Assembly (NCBI GenBank): GCA_010015805.1
Contig: ML978139.1
Coordinates: forward strand, 434,001-496,425
Length of the DNA stretch: 62,425 nt
Direction of reading: 5' to 3'
Source: Rhizodiscina lignyota
Lineage: Eukaryota
Shown here piece by piece: positions 1-15,006 of this stretch; position 1 is the first letter of the stretch; each line of letters starts with the position of its first letter. The notes under the pieces were generated by a model that was not told where the DNA came from, did not search any database, and worked only from the letters and a program-made list of their open reading frames with translations. The translations under genes and the position numbers were made by a program.

Positions 1-212
1 ATATCGGCGAAAAGTTTTGTCGAGTGGCTTGTCGCTGCACCCCGCGATTGACGTCTCCCACCCTGGCCGCATCCCGGCACCGCCAGACCGGCCTCGCTCA
101 TATTTTTCTCACCTCTTGACACATGGCCGTGTGACTCTTACCACACCCTCTGCTACAAATAATCACCTCCCCTCCCTTCAATTGCCTTTTCTTCTTCACT
201 TCCACCTTCACA

Positions 213-1915
<1,703 letters not shown>

Positions 1916-2280
1916 GCATAAATAGAGCGCAACGTTCTGTGAAGAATTACGAACTGTCGAAAAGTGCTTGCTATTGCATATACGGCATTTTCATCTGGCG
2001 TCTGCGATTTCTGGGGCCTATCTCCGTCAAAAGACGAGCCGAAAAGCCAATGGGGCAATGTACTGCGAATATAGAGACGAATTGCGGATAGAAAATCATA
2101 TTAGAACATGATTAATGCTACAATTTCGGCGGGCCTTGTAAGCGTCCGAATCAGGTCATTCCCTGGACTGCTGTAACTTTCAGCGCCGTTGCCAAATTCC
2201 ATGATTTCGCTCATTATGATCGCTACTCCGAAAAAGGCATCCAGAAGAGGCATCCAGCCGATTCTTTTCAGCACCAAGCC

Positions 2281-3408
2281 TCAAAACAGTCCAGGAACAA
2301 TCGTATACCTCTTCTTCTTGTACTCCCCGGGAAATTCCTTCCGTAGCCTCCTCTCCTTTTTCTTCGCCCAAAAGAACATCTGAACTATGGCGACCAGCAA
2401 GAACAATCCTGTGCTCCAATTCCTGTTTACCATCCAAATGCCCACCCACGCGAGCACTTCAAACAGATAATTCGGGCACGTGACCCAGTCGAAGCCCAAG
2501 CCTTTCGGAACAGCCCTCTTCGTGGGATTGTCCCGCGGCCGCAACGATGAAAGGCTCAAGTGTGTGTTGAAGTTGAGCAGCTCTCCTAGCACAAAGAGCA
2601 GTAAGCCGAAGTAGGTGAAGACGTTGTTGACAGGAGAGGCTTCTAAGTTTGGAGTGGAGATGCGCGCGAACGGTGCGCAGGTAAAGTATGCGAGCACGAG
2701 GCCCGACAGACCCCAGTAGTGGCCGCTGTTCTTGAATATGTTGAAGACCGGCATCGTCGCGGAGGAGAATTTGTGCACGAACAGTGTCTCAAGCTCGCGC
2801 TTGACGAAGTGCAGGAGAACGAGCACCATGCTGAGGTGCTGTAGGGAAGAAGGAGGCGGTGGTCGATGCGAAGAGGATGGGAGAAGGGAGGAGATGCTGA
2901 AGGAGGAAGTGTGTGGGTAGATGTATGGGTAGGCGATGTAGAAGATGAGCGGGTGGATGATGAGCGGGCCGGCGTATTCAATTACGAAGACGGTGCGCCA
3001 GTCTATTTGTGGTCCTGTATAGCATTTCTGTTAGAGCAAAAATTCCATGTTCAACTACTGGATCGACGTACCGAGGTCCTTGACGTTGACGACTCCGCCA
3101 TCTTTGCACCCGGCCGCCTCAATCGTGGTGTCCTTGGAGTTGGGAATGAAAGAGCCATCACTGGCGTTAGTAACGCGCAGACGATAGATCGAGCATCCCG
3201 CTGCACCAGAAAGTTTCTTGTACAGCTCCTCAGTCGTAGATGAAGAGCTGAGGTAGGCTTCTTTTGGGAGGCGCTTGATGGGCTTGCCTAGGCACAGATG
3301 TCAGCTTATGATCGCGATGCGAGACGGATATAGCATGGCTCCAAGTCGATTGAGCGAGAGGTACCAACCTCGAGGTTTGACTTGCAGTGTTACTGAATCC
3401 AAAGCCAT
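2281..3408 (-). CDS. TSC13: Very-long-chain enoyl-CoA reductase (steroid 5-alpha-reductase C-terminal domain), spliced
   Basis: C-terminal motifs HFVKRELETLFVHKFSSATMP, NSGHYW and VTCPNYLFE. The N-terminal ubiquitin-like part (MALDSVTLQVKPRG) and KDLG-PQI-WRTVFVIEYAGPL are read on the minus strand across introns. Confidence 0.9.
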
Positions 3409-3938
3409 TGCGAGAATAATTCTAGAGAAGCTGAACGTCGAAATGAAGTCGGCCAAAATTTCGGACAGGGGTGCGAGCTAAAGATATTAAACGCGTCTCT
3501 GCGCCGCGGCTCACACGATTGGCTGCTTCACGCACTTCACCTCACCTCCTTCTTTCCACCGGGATCAATCTTCGCAGCATCATTTCCAAGTCCTCGAGAT
3601 ACTATCGAAAGAGATGCAACTCCATGCAAAAGCAATAGAGACATGACTGGAACTGTGGAGAGTCAAGTCGCTGAGCGCGCTGCGCAGTCGCACGTGGTCA
3701 GCATGCGAGCACCATGGATCCTTGCTTGAAACTCTACAGCTTCAGAAGACCGCCGTATCTTTCCTATTCCGTCTGATCTCTCATTGTCTCGTTATTTCCT
3801 ACAACGTCTTGATTCAAATAAATTTCGCTACAGTTCTCAGAGTGTTTTGAGGAGCGAAAGTGCTGGAACGACTCCTCCGTCTACGAAGGCTTCATATCAA
3901 GCAGAAGCGTAGTCTCAGACACCCAAGACAGAATCAAC

Positions 3939-4346
3939 ATGTCATCATCCTCATCTACCGCCGCCGCCACTCCTTCTTCTGCCTCCGCCGATAAACGCAC
4001 CGCTGAAGCGCGAGCAGCCGTGACCGCCTCCCTCTCCTCCGTCGGCTCGTCTTACGATGCGGAGCTCGCCTCTCGCGCTGCAGATCTCCACTCCAACGCC
4101 AAGTCCATATCGAAACAGGAGGCCGAGCTGCAGAAGCAGACTGCTGCCCTGGCCAAGCAGAACGAGAAGTTTGAGAAGCTGGCACAGAAGAGCACAAGGC
4201 AGCTGAATGAGATAGGCGACGTGCAGAACTGGGCCGAGACTATTGAGCGCGATCTGCTGGTCATTGAGGAGACGCTGCGGTTGGCGGAGGGGAGGGACGG
4301 CGTGGAGAATGCGAGTGGGACAGGAGGTCTGGGCCCAGGTACTTGA
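3939..4346 (+). CDS. BLOC-1 complex subunit 1 (GCN5L1/BLOS1-like) coiled-coil protein
   Basis: 135-aa single-exon ORF with the family motif LNEIGDVQNWAETIERDLLVIEETL. Confidence 0.8.
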   Translation: MSSSSSTAAATPSSASADKRTAEARAAVTASLSSVGSSYDAELASRAADLHSNAKSISKQEAELQKQTAALAKQNEKFEKLAQKSTRQLNEIGDVQNWAETIERDLLVIEETLRLAEGRDGVENASGTGGLGPGT

Positions 4347-5791
4347 CTTTATTTGGGGTTTTGCTCCTTTTAGCTGAGATGGGAAGGGAAGATAATGAAG
4401 AGATGAATTGGGCAAGCGCTTTCCTCACTGTTTTTCGCTGAACCATGTCGCAGACATTCTGAAAAATTACAAATCTTTGTCGCTCCTTTGTGCACACTCG
4501 TGCACCTGTATGACCAACACCTTCTCCACGTTTCCGTGGTCTTCTTGGTTTCTCATGCTCTCATCAATAGTGTTTGATGCATGCAAGCCACTCTTTCGGT
4601 TTTATGCCCCATTCATGATTAGCCGTTTGCGCAGCTTATAGCTTGTCATAAGAGGCAAGACAGCAAGTTGAGTGTGATTAAGCCTGTCTCAGTGTTTGGA
4701 ACGGTTCTTTCCTGTCTATCTTTGCTACTCCTTACGTATGAGCCAGGCTTTGGAATAAGAACTTGAGTGTTGCTCAAGGAACTTTTGGTCTCAATTTGCT
4801 CTGAAGCTAGCGCTTCACTGAGCCCTGTTGTTCCCCTTTCATACATTAAGCGCTACTCCCAACTGTTGTCAACTCTTTTTCGAGAGATGGTCCATCCTTC
4901 ATTCGGGGATGCCGCTTCTGCCGATGTCATTCCCACTTCAAGCCCTGCCAACACTCAGCGTACCTCTTAAATCACAGCAGGCGCTTAGAGGCTGATCAGA
5001 GTACGACAAGTAATCTTATGCCCTATGTCAAACACCATCCTAATCTTATCCATGTTATATTTCTCCAGGAGACTAGACGCTCAGATACTCGCTATGCTGA
5101 GATCTGATGTCCTTTCTCTATCTTCTGGAAATTACGAACCACATCGAGTCGATCATTGTAACTGTGGTACTGCGGGACCCGGTAGTCACGCTCATGATTT
5201 TCGCTACTTTACGTTTCACTTTCAGTCAGAGAGAGTCTTAATCTTGGGGGTTTTTATTTCGGGGTTTTTGGATATAGGGTATTGTTTGCGAGTCGCTCAA
5301 CATTAATGCTCATCACATTTTCATTGATTTTCGTCTCCGCTTCTGCTTTTTTTCACTGGCGGATATGGGCTGCTGTTTTAATATTGGTACATTATGGGGA
5401 TGAAGTGAAATAACTTTCACCTCTTGACAACATCTCATATAATTTAAGATGCTTGTTGTAATCATCATTCACGGTTTATTGAGGCTTGCAAGTGAATACT
5501 TGAGGTGGATCTCCGCCTTCAAAAGTTCAAACGCCTCCCTCCCACACCCTGACGAACAGTCGAACACCCGTGTACATCGTGCCCGCTTTTTCAGACCTGA
5601 GCATAATCCCGTCAGCTACAACAGTAACGACCTCTCGAGGTGAGAAGCCGCTGGAGGTGAGAAGCTCTCCCGAAAGATCACTGCACCCGAGGAGCGACCC
5701 TCGGACCAGGCTGCTCCAAGCGAAGAGCTTCCCCCGCAGACACCGCTGCAATCGAGGAATGGCAGACCGGAAACACTTGCTCAAGTAGTCT

Positions 5792-7886
5792 TCAGACAAG
5801 GGTGATCTCTTCCTTCTTAAGAAGCCCGCCCACCAATCCGCTGCTGCGAAATTGTCCTTATTATCATGCATAAGCTCATAGACGTAGCATGCTCCGACGA
5901 GTTTGTATTCTGAAGAAACATTTGTAGGGCGTAATATTATCGGCACGCAACATCCGAACACGATTGCTAGAATGTCGGATTTGCGGAGGATTCCTGGTCC
6001 CAAACCGCATCTGCCACCAGTTGTGGTGAAAAAGATCCTGTCATGACTGGAGTTGGTTTCATTGGGGAACCGCTGCGGATCAGGCTGTTTCGATGATACC
6101 CCTCCGGATAAGGATTGAAAGACTGAATCTTTACTCGCCAACTGGTGGAATTCCGTACCACAGAATCTTTGGCAGTATGCAAGGAAATCCTGTTCAATCC
6201 AACTGGCCTCTAGATAGATTCCGGAGACCAGAGTCCACATGAATATTACCCAAGGTGACACCTTTACACTCAATTTGGCTGCTTGTCGAGCATCCGAGTA
6301 AATGGTCCATAATCTGTCCATAGTATGACTCTTGCTTGTAGCTGATGAAGGCTCGATAGCCTTTGTGAAATCTTCCGATTGGAGCGGTTGTGAGTGCTCG
6401 CCAATCCTCTCGATGAGAAGGGCGGCCACAGATAATCGGCTGTCTGAAACGACAGGAAATACCTGCTCAGTATCTTCTTCTAAGCAAGACCAGGCATAAT
6501 AACTACATTTTTGATTGTGGCGTCCATGCCACTGAGGGACCCAAGAAGGTCGTGAAGAAGCCAGATCCTGTTCCGATCGATGTACATAACATAGAAAGTC
6601 CAGCGAACGAGTGGATGTAAGAAGTTGTTCAGCAGCACGTCGATTTGCTTCATCCAGAGAAATATCGTAGTTTGGATCTATGAGATTCTGCAGAGAGGGA
6701 TGTCCCAAAAATGCGTAAATGTGATCTCGGTCGTCTGTTGCAAGAAATCGACGGCTCATATCAAGGATCAGGGCCGGTAATAATTTGTCATAGGCCAGCT
6801 GTGACTGTCTATATTTTGCCAGGCTTCTCAATGCCTCAGTTTCAGTTAGCCATGACTTGTCCCTGGGCATTGTTGACCACATGAAAGCGAATGCTTCAGA
6901 CAAACGCCCAACTGGCAAGTAACAGAAAGTAGGATCCGGATTGTATGTAAACATTGTGCTAAAGAGTGCAATGTGGCTCCAGGGTATGGAAAAACGCCCA
7001 CAGAATGCTGTTACGCGTTTGGAGAGCCCAACCTCGCCCAATACCCAACATCGAGAAAACCACGCCCGTGAGAGGAAGTCTTCCAAGCATTTTAGATATT
7101 CAGAGCGTAGCTTCTCCTGCGGGAAGTCCGGGGCATAAAAGATCAGGTATTTCTTCTGCCAAAAGGCTATCTCTTGAGACCTGTCAGGCGTGTAAATTGG
7201 GAGTCGACGTAATTAACAAATTCGATGATGAGGCCCAACGCACACTCGACGCATTCTGGATTCGACCTTGGGCAGGAGGAGTGATCGGATTGACTGTCTT
7301 CTTCTCCCAACCAGACAAGAGTGCGATATCCGTGTTCGTATATTTCCTTCATAAAAGCAACTTGGTGATTCTTTTCTAGATTGCTCTTCTGGTCAATACA
7401 TATATTGTCTGCCCAGAGTAATCGTGGTTGCATCCTTCGAAACCGACGAAGTGCTTGGAATAAATTGATGGTGATGAAGTGCGGTAGCCTATTGCAGATG
7501 ATTTCGCAAGTGTCGGTAAGGTCTCCCCAAGCGTATGAGATAGGTTCGTAATCCGGTGCTTTGTTTAATTCGTACGTAATCAGTTGACATTCGACGGGGT
7601 CGTCGAACTCTCCAGGAAGAAGCCTGAGTAGCCTGAACCACGGTCCACTCGGCAGTGGATTGTGTTTGAACAGCTCCCGGGTTTCGCTTGTACTGTTATT
7701 CGCTGACGAGTTCGACAGCCGAACATTTCCTTGTTCACTTGTCTCCGAAACAACTGTCTTCTCGTCCATTGTAGTAGAGGGGTGACCGCCTAGTTCGGAG
7801 TGTGGTTTGCTGGACGGCGTGTTAAACTTCCGTTCAATCATCGAGGCGTGATCTGTGGGAACGCTCAAGCTAAGGACGATAATCAC
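5792..7886 (-). pseudogene. HET-domain (heterokaryon incompatibility, HET-6-like) gene with two apparent frameshifts
   Basis: HET motifs FRLLRLLPG, YEPISYAWG, LWADNICIDQ, QVAFMKEIY, WFSRCWVLGEV and PSWVPQW. The coding is split between two frames near 7170-7210. The typical C-terminus (KKEEITLV-stop at 5792) lies in another frame. Confidence 0.7.
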
Positions 7887-8298
7887 ATCGTCGAGAAAGA
7901 ATTAGACAGGCACTGCAGTTTGCGACAAGAGTCTCTTTGAACCATAGAAAGCTGTGAAGTGAAGGATTGTTGCCTTTTGCAGTCTGGTGGCGCAGCTTTG
8001 AGACGTGCGAGGTTTGCGGCTGAGCTGCACACGTCTGCAAGCTAATGAAGGCCGAGAACATCCACACCGCGTCAAGGGTATTTGAACTGTATACCGAGGT
8101 GGTATTTCCAGCTCAGATATATCTGTGGCGATCTTGTTGAAGATAAAAGAATAACTCGAAGGTATGGGATGTAGCCTTAGGTAGTGTTAAAGATTTCACA
8201 TGGCTGAGGCAGGCGGGCGCGGTTCGACTTAGACAAGAGCATTTGAATCCCTAACGAACTCAAATGGTGTTCCTCTTCCATATAAGAATACATATGGC

Positions 8299-9834
8299 TT
8301 AGTCCGAAGAGATTGCATACATGGCCGGACTCTTCTTCCCATCCTTCCCAACACTCCGCAACCCAAAGACCGCATTATCCTTGCTTATTGGCAGTCTTAC
8401 CGTCCCAGCGGCCATCTCTGTTTGCGCGAGCGGCATCATATGCGTCCACTGCTGGCTCGCAAGCGGCCTCCACACAATTTCGAAATGATCAAGCAGCGGA
8501 TCTTTGCTCTTCGCGTCCTTGTCCCAATACAGTGTGCTGATGTTCTCGAGCCAGTCAGCGGGTGTGCTCTCATTTGTCGCAAGGAATCCAATGTCTGTGT
8601 CGTATGTGAAATTAGTTGGTGTTCCGGGAGCATTCGCGGCACTCCAAATGCTGAGGAGGTTGACACGTCCAGAGCGCGCTGTGTAGTCGAAATCAACGAA
8701 TTCGATCTCGTCGCCATACTGTATGCCATCCTGCACACGCGGGTCCTGATGCTGGTGGAAGAAGTCCTCTTGCGGTTCTGTAAAGCGGATCCCAGGGAAG
8801 CCCGCGCTCAAGAAGGACATGTGATCTCCGCCACGACCGTTGCGGTCAGCCTTGTAGATGAGCGAAACTTGCATGTCCGTTACATGCGCAGCACCAGCGT
8901 TGACTTCCTGGATGAATCGACCAAGATGGCGAGACGGCGTGTCGTCCTGATAGCCTGTTGAGAGGAGTTCATCGACTAGATCAGGGTCTAAGAGTGGGAG
9001 AAATTCCGTGCCACCGCTGAAGATACGAATGGTGTGCTGGTTGAGAGGGGAGAATGGTGCGTTGGAACCTGAGCCGACAATGTCGTTGTTAAAGTTTCCC
9101 TGTACATTGACGGAAGCATTTTTGAGGGTCTGTGCGAGGAAATTGCTGCCGTAGAGGTCTTGCTCTTCACCCGCAACAGCAGCTATGATGATACTCGCAG
9201 CTGGCGGAGTCTTTGCTACGACTGGTGCAAGAATGCGGACAAGCTCGAGAGCGATCGCAACTGCACTAGCATTGTCATCGGCGCCAGGAGCATAGTTTGT
9301 AAAATCGCTAATGTTTATGCGGCGAGAGTCATAGTGTCCCGTATACACATACGTCCGGTTTGGGTCCACGTGGCCCTTGATCTCCGCCTGGACGTTGCAG
9401 ATATCAACGGATCGAGGTAAGCCAGGCTGGGCAACTTGAAAATAACACGGCATGGAGACCTTGATCGCTCCATTTGCAGGTTTCGCAAGCTCTTCCATTT
9501 CTTTCTGTATCCAATTCCGTGCCGCTCCAATACCGACCGTGGTGCTGTTCGTAATTGACGCCGTATGGCGCGTATGGAAGTTGACGAGCGTCTGAATGTA
9601 GGACTGTATCCGATTGGGATCAAACTTTGGCAGCAGCGACAATGTCAGGGCGTCTGTCGACTGTGGCACCAGAGGTACTCCAACGTCGGATGGAGGAAAG
9701 TCGGCAGCTCCCCAATTCGCGAAGCCATTGGAACCGAATGTGACCGGAGGAGCATTGAAAGAATCGCTGCTATGTAGCGCGGTTGAAATACCCACTACAA
9801 TGAGCACATTGAAGATTGATCGAAGGGACGGCAT
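8299..9834 (-). CDS. Secreted M28 family metallopeptidase
   Basis: 511-aa ORF with signal peptide and zinc-binding motifs GHYDSR, PGADDNASA, GEEQ, NNDIVG and GGDHMSF. Confidence 0.88.
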   Translation of the reverse strand: MPSLRSIFNVLIVVGISTALHSSDSFNAPPVTFGSNGFANWGAADFPPSDVGVPLVPQSTDALTLSLLPKFDPNRIQSYIQTLVNFHTRHTASITNSTTVGIGAARNWIQKEMEELAKPANGAIKVSMPCYFQVAQPGLPRSVDICNVQAEIKGHVDPNRTYVYTGHYDSRRINISDFTNYAPGADDNASAVAIALELVRILAPVVAKTPPAASIIIAAVAGEEQDLYGSNFLAQTLKNASVNVQGNFNNDIVGSGSNAPFSPLNQHTIRIFSGGTEFLPLLDPDLVDELLSTGYQDDTPSRHLGRFIQEVNAGAAHVTDMQVSLIYKADRNGRGGDHMSFLSAGFPGIRFTEPQEDFFHQHQDPRVQDGIQYGDEIEFVDFDYTARSGRVNLLSIWSAANAPGTPTNFTYDTDIGFLATNESTPADWLENISTLYWDKDAKSKDPLLDHFEIVWRPLASQQWTHMMPLAQTEMAAGTVRLPISKDNAVFGLRSVGKDGKKSPAMYAISSD

Positions 9835-10865
9835 CTTGACTCGAGGTCCGCCAAGGAGGGCACCAGATTCCGAGTTGCATCCCGAAAATCTGGAGCTGCA
9901 TGCTCGAATTTATTGTCCAGCATTTTGTCGTCATCATTGTCTGTTCCTGGTGAGGATGATAGGGTCGTCTATCGCGAACATGGATCGTCCCACAGCGCTC
10001 CGAAACGCTCTTTCCCAGGCTTGGAAGGTCGAAAATCCGGCAAACCTGCTATCGAGATATATAGCGCGGGCATGACACCATCATGGGAAAATTGGATTGA
10101 CAATTTGAGTTATGGGTGTCCTGCTCCACGATACCTTCGCTCCTGCCTGATTGACCCTAATAAATGAGACTACAATGATGTATGCGGGTTCAAGCGGCAG
10201 CGAAAGAGGGGTCAGGATGTTGCGAAATGCGGAGATGGATCTATCTTGTCACTTGTTAAGGAAGCTCAAAGTTGATTGAAGATGATAAAAGAATGATAGG
10301 AGTGAGAAAAATAAGAAACCATTGGCAGCCTCGTGCAACCTTGCGGTCGCCGAAAGGAAGGAATTTTCTTCAACCATCGGAGGGAGGAGATGGCTTTGGT
10401 GCCAACTGCAGCGGACGATGCGATAAATGCCTTATCCCATCCTGATGATACCCTAATCAATATTCATCACTTGACTGTAACAGCCTTCTGAGCTCGTCAA
10501 GATTGAAGGAAGTAGAAGCAAAAATAAGCGGCGATGTGAACTGGGATGGGGCCGGGTGGAGTGGGGAGGTTTCAAATTGCTTGGGCATGTAAGCAGGGTA
10601 AAGTGGTACCGAATGTCCGGGTAGCAATGCCCTTATAAATGATTGATCTCCGGGTGCCTCACCCAGCACACGTCTCCAGACTCCACGTTGAGATCAGAGA
10701 TCCGCATCGTGAAAAGTGTTTTCAGAATAGCACTTCACGACTTCACGACTTTATCACCCATGGCGAAATCCTTGGACATTATCCCAGATGACCTCTACGT
10801 CTAACAGGCCTTCGATACGCTCTCGTCGAGCCTCGAAGTACACATGTAGGCACTAGCAACTTTGG

Positions 10866-11063
10866 TCAGATCGTCGAAGCAGGAGCGAGATATGTCAGCT
10901 TCACCAGACTCTCTGCATCTTCCAGTGTTGCACATGCGCCTTGGCTTCCCCACATACCGTGCGCTGCATCGCCGAGTAGGCATGTTGTGGACTTGACGCT
11001 TCTCCATAGCCCACAAGTCGATGTGTCAGCCAGCGTCAAATGTGGGATGGTATTGAGGATCAT
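10866..11063 (-). pseudogene. Fragment of FAD-dependent monooxygenase (salicylate hydroxylase-like)
   Basis: Isolated GD motif CLLGDAAHGMWGSQGACATLEDAESL with no intact flanking ORF. Confidence 0.55.
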
Positions 11064-11860
11064 CTCAAAGCTGTGTAGTGTCGGAACAATCCTTCATTGT
11101 TTCTTTTCAAAAGTTTATGAGAAACGTGTAGTCTGCAATACAAATAGCGTGAGTATATCCCAGATTGCCTGCTACTCGGACATAAAGAGCGAGCTAGAAG
11201 ACGGAATCACGAGGCTGACCGCGCTGGATGAGTCTTCCTTGCCTGTGGTGACGACCAATGCCTTGTAATTGAATCTCTCACATATGCATAGCTTCTGTCG
11301 TCAATTTTAAATGCTTATCATGCCTGATATGTAAATTTCTCCTCGATATATGATTTGGAAGTCATTCACGCTGACACGCACCGCAACCGATCCTGCTTTT
11401 CATTCGCCTGATGCATGCGGCTCGGCCACCAACGCACACCTCAAGTATCGGGCCGGCCCGACGACAAGTCAAGCTCTTACATCCGAAGGTGCGGCCTTGG
11501 TCACTCACAAAGGTTATACGAGTTTCTTCTCTGGCTCCAAGACTTGGATTACACCACCAAATACATGGCGACATGTCAAACTTCGACAGGCTAGGCTGGG
11601 CCGAGTCCGACAAGGCTGAATAAATGGGATGAAGCTCTGAAGGTGCTGAGCAGAAGAGATCAAGCTCAGTTCCACTTTGTGAAGAGTCAGTAGGATTTCT
11701 GAGTTCTCTCCCTCTTCCAGAGACTTTCGGGCAAAGGTATAGAGATTCCATCTCAACAAGCATCAACGATCCATAGCGCATCAAGTCGCTTTGTTCTAGA
11801 CTCGAATCAAGATGAGTGCGCGTCTGCATTGTTTACTCCAGGTGAGTGCGATCGAAGCGT

Positions 11861-12777
11861 TCATCCATTGGGTGGCCGAAGCATCTCCTGAAGCCTTGTC
11901 ACATTTCCAGTGAAAGCCTCGAAATTGTCTGCTACGTCCGCCAGGTTCCTGAGAAGATCATCCTTGGTGCGAAGCTCATCTCTAGCATGAGCAAGTTCCG
12001 ACTCCTGCGCGGCAACAGTTGTTTCCAGATGATGGACGGTTGCCCTCAGCTCCTGCACTTGATTTCGTAGCTCCAGAACTTCCGTGGATTGGGGAATCGT
12101 GGAGTCTGCAGAAGCTGCAAGCTGAGACACAGCGTGAGGCTGAGAGGAGAGATTTACAGCTTCATCTTCTCCTTCCTTGTCTCGCAGATCTGTCTCTTGC
12201 TCAGCTGCTGTGTCTGGTGCCATTGGTCCTGCCATTTCTTCCTCAACCCTTCGATTCGACGCCGATCTCAAATATACTTCATCATGTGTCTGAGGATCTA
12301 TTTGCGTGGTCGATTCGCTCATGTAGGGGGGCGGCTCCTCGTCCCAACCACGACCTCTACACGTAGGACATTGGAAGCCCGAATCGGATGGCGAAATTGG
12401 ATTGCAACATGCGATATGGTAGGATCTGCAGCAAGTCATGCATTCCAGCATGTCACCCGCCGGTCTGCGACACGTGTAGCAGATGGAGTTGTGAGGGCAT
12501 CCTGCGTCTGAAGCAACTTTTTGTTAGCACAGTTCGCAGAGGGAGAACTCAAGGGCAGTGTTGGTGAGACTAGAGACTTACTCCGCCATGCTTGATATAT
12601 GTGTTTTTGCCCCTCAAGGGTGAACACTCTTGCAGTTTCAGCGTAGGTGCCAATACGATAGCCATGCACTACAGGTTGAGAGGCATGGAATGAAGACCTC
12701 GCAGTGCTTGATAGGCGCGGTCGCTTCGCTGGTGGATCAGGCTTGGCATCATTCTGCAAGCCCATGGAGGGCGGCAT
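11861..12777 (-). CDS. PHD-finger plus coiled-coil protein
   Basis: Intron 12581-12508 (GTAAGT...CAG) joins ORF 12777 to a frame reading ICYTCRRPAGDMLECMTCCRSYHIACC...FQCPTC (C4HC3 pattern). C-terminal heptad coiled coil. Confidence 0.65.
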
Positions 12778-13307
12778 CGCCGTAGATGACGGACATGGGT
12801 GGCATTAATGTGCAACTGTGGTTGATCTGAACCGAGTCGCAAAGTCGTTCTCGGTGTCACTGCGGACCTGTTCGTCGAAAGGGGAAGATTGCCATATTGG
12901 GATAGAGTACATGTATCGAGATCTTAGTCAGCAAGCAGCTGTTGACGAGGCTCATCTGAGCTTTCTCAGATTGAGAAACCTCATTGCTTTCACTGTTTCC
13001 CTTTCTTACCAGAGAGGAGCTCTCAATGCCGATATCGAAACAGTCGTCACTGTGCATGAAGGACTCTTTATCATCCGTGATCGCGCCATATCGGCACGTG
13101 AGAACGCGGTGTGCAGATCGCGTCAAGCAAGGCAGACGCGCCGAGAAAGTCTCCGCAAAGTCTTCAGCTTTGTAATTGATTGGCAATTGTGACTCTTAAC
13201 CTACAGATATCGACCCGCGAAGGTTTCAATTGCAAGATATATCTTTCATTGAGTGTTCTCTTTCGCAGTTTCATTGGTCTCGACCATCAATCGTCTCTCA
13301 GTCCATA

Positions 13308-14856
13308 ATGGCAAACGCGTTTCGTAGTATTCCTGCGACCGCAAAGGTCCAGCCCAGTCCTTTCAAGATTTCCATTACAGAGGAGAAGCTCGCCGCCTTC
13401 ACACAGCTTGTAAAGTTGTCAGAGCTAGGTCCAGAGACGTACGAATGCCTACACGAAGATGGAAAGTACGGACTACCTCGCAAATGGCTTGCGGCAGCCA
13501 AGCAGGAATGGGAAGAGTCATTTGATTGGTATGATCATCAAATTCCTCTTGAGGTGAACAGATTCATGACCACGGATACAGGAGAAAGCACGAGGCATAC
13601 TACAATTCTTTCCCGCACTTCATCATGCCCGTCATGCAAGGCGATGACTCGTTCAGTGTTCATTTTGTTGCCCTGTTCTCTGACAACCCTGATGCTCTTC
13701 CCATCATGTTCCTACACGGATGGCCTGGCAGCTTTCTCGAATTTCTCGGTCTTCTTGCGCTATTGAAGAAACGCTACTCCCCAGAAACACTGCCGTACCA
13801 TATCATCGTGCCCTCTCTCCCGGGCTGGGCATTCTCGAGCCCACCGCCACTTAACAGAGACTTCAAACTGGAGGATATGGCTGAAATTATGAATGGCCTG
13901 ATGAACAATTTGGGGCTAAGCGGTTATGTTGTGCAGGGCGGAGACATTGGGAGCTATGTCGCCCGTGTGATGGCCGCAGCATATCATCAGTGCAGGGCTG
14001 TTCATTGTTCGTTCCTGCTTCTTTTCCTCCTATTGATGTTCTCTCTTAGACAGAATAGTAGACAGCTAATCAAGTATTAGTGAACTACTGCATCATGGCA
14101 GAGCCCGACGGCATAAAAGCGAAGGACATCACCGAAGCCGAACAACACGGCGTCCTCCGCGCCCGTGAGTTCACTAAGTTCGGAGCCGCATATGCGCTCG
14201 AGCATGCGACGAGGCCCGGCACAATTGGCCTTGCGCTGGCGAGCAGTCCGGTCGCATATCTCGCTTGGTGAGTGCAACGTACTTGCGTCTCTCTTTCCTG
14301 CCAGCTGTTGCCTCGTATCCATATCATTACAGCTAACCACATCTCTCACAGGGTCGCAGAAAAGTTCCTCCTCTGGAGTGACGTGAACCCCTCGACAAGC
14401 GAGATTCTCCAAAGCGTCTCGCTCTACTTCCTCACGTCAACCATATCGACGAGCATCTACACGTATCGCCAAGCAACGCCGCCTCCCGACTTCTTCCCCC
14501 TGCCTAAGAACTCTGGTGCCATTGCATGTCAGGCAATGCCAGATCGCGCCGACGGAGTTGAAGATAAGCCCAAGAGCCATGACTGGCCGCAGTGGTTCAT
14601 CGACAAGCCGATGGGATACAGCTGGTTTCCGAAGGAGCTGGCGCCGATGCCGGTAGCGTGGGTCGGCAAGACAGGAAAGTTGGAATGGTGGAGACGGCAT
14701 GACAAGGTTAGTTTGCTTCTGTAAAGGTCGCTTGACTGGATAGTGGAAGGGTTGAAAGCTAATGTGGCATAGGGCGGACACTTTGCTGCTTTGGAGAAGC
14801 CAGAGCTACTTCTTGGCGATGTAGAAGACTTCGTGAAGCAGGTGTGGAAGAAGTGA
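13308..14856 (+). CDS. Microsomal-type epoxide hydrolase (EHN plus alpha/beta hydrolase), multi-exon
   Basis: Motifs HGWPGSFLEF, PSLPGWAFS, QGGDIGS, YALEHATRP and terminal GGHFAALEKP, spread over GT-AG separated exons. Confidence 0.9.
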
Positions 14857-15006
14857 CGATCAGCGTGATTCTGGAGAGCGGATTCTATCCATTAAATTAT
14901 CGGATCCCAATCTAATTTGCTTCGCAACCTTTATCGCCAAATTCAATATTACAGCAGCACGTACCCAGTCTGTCGAAACAGTGATTACGCGCCGCGGCAC
15001 GCTTCT

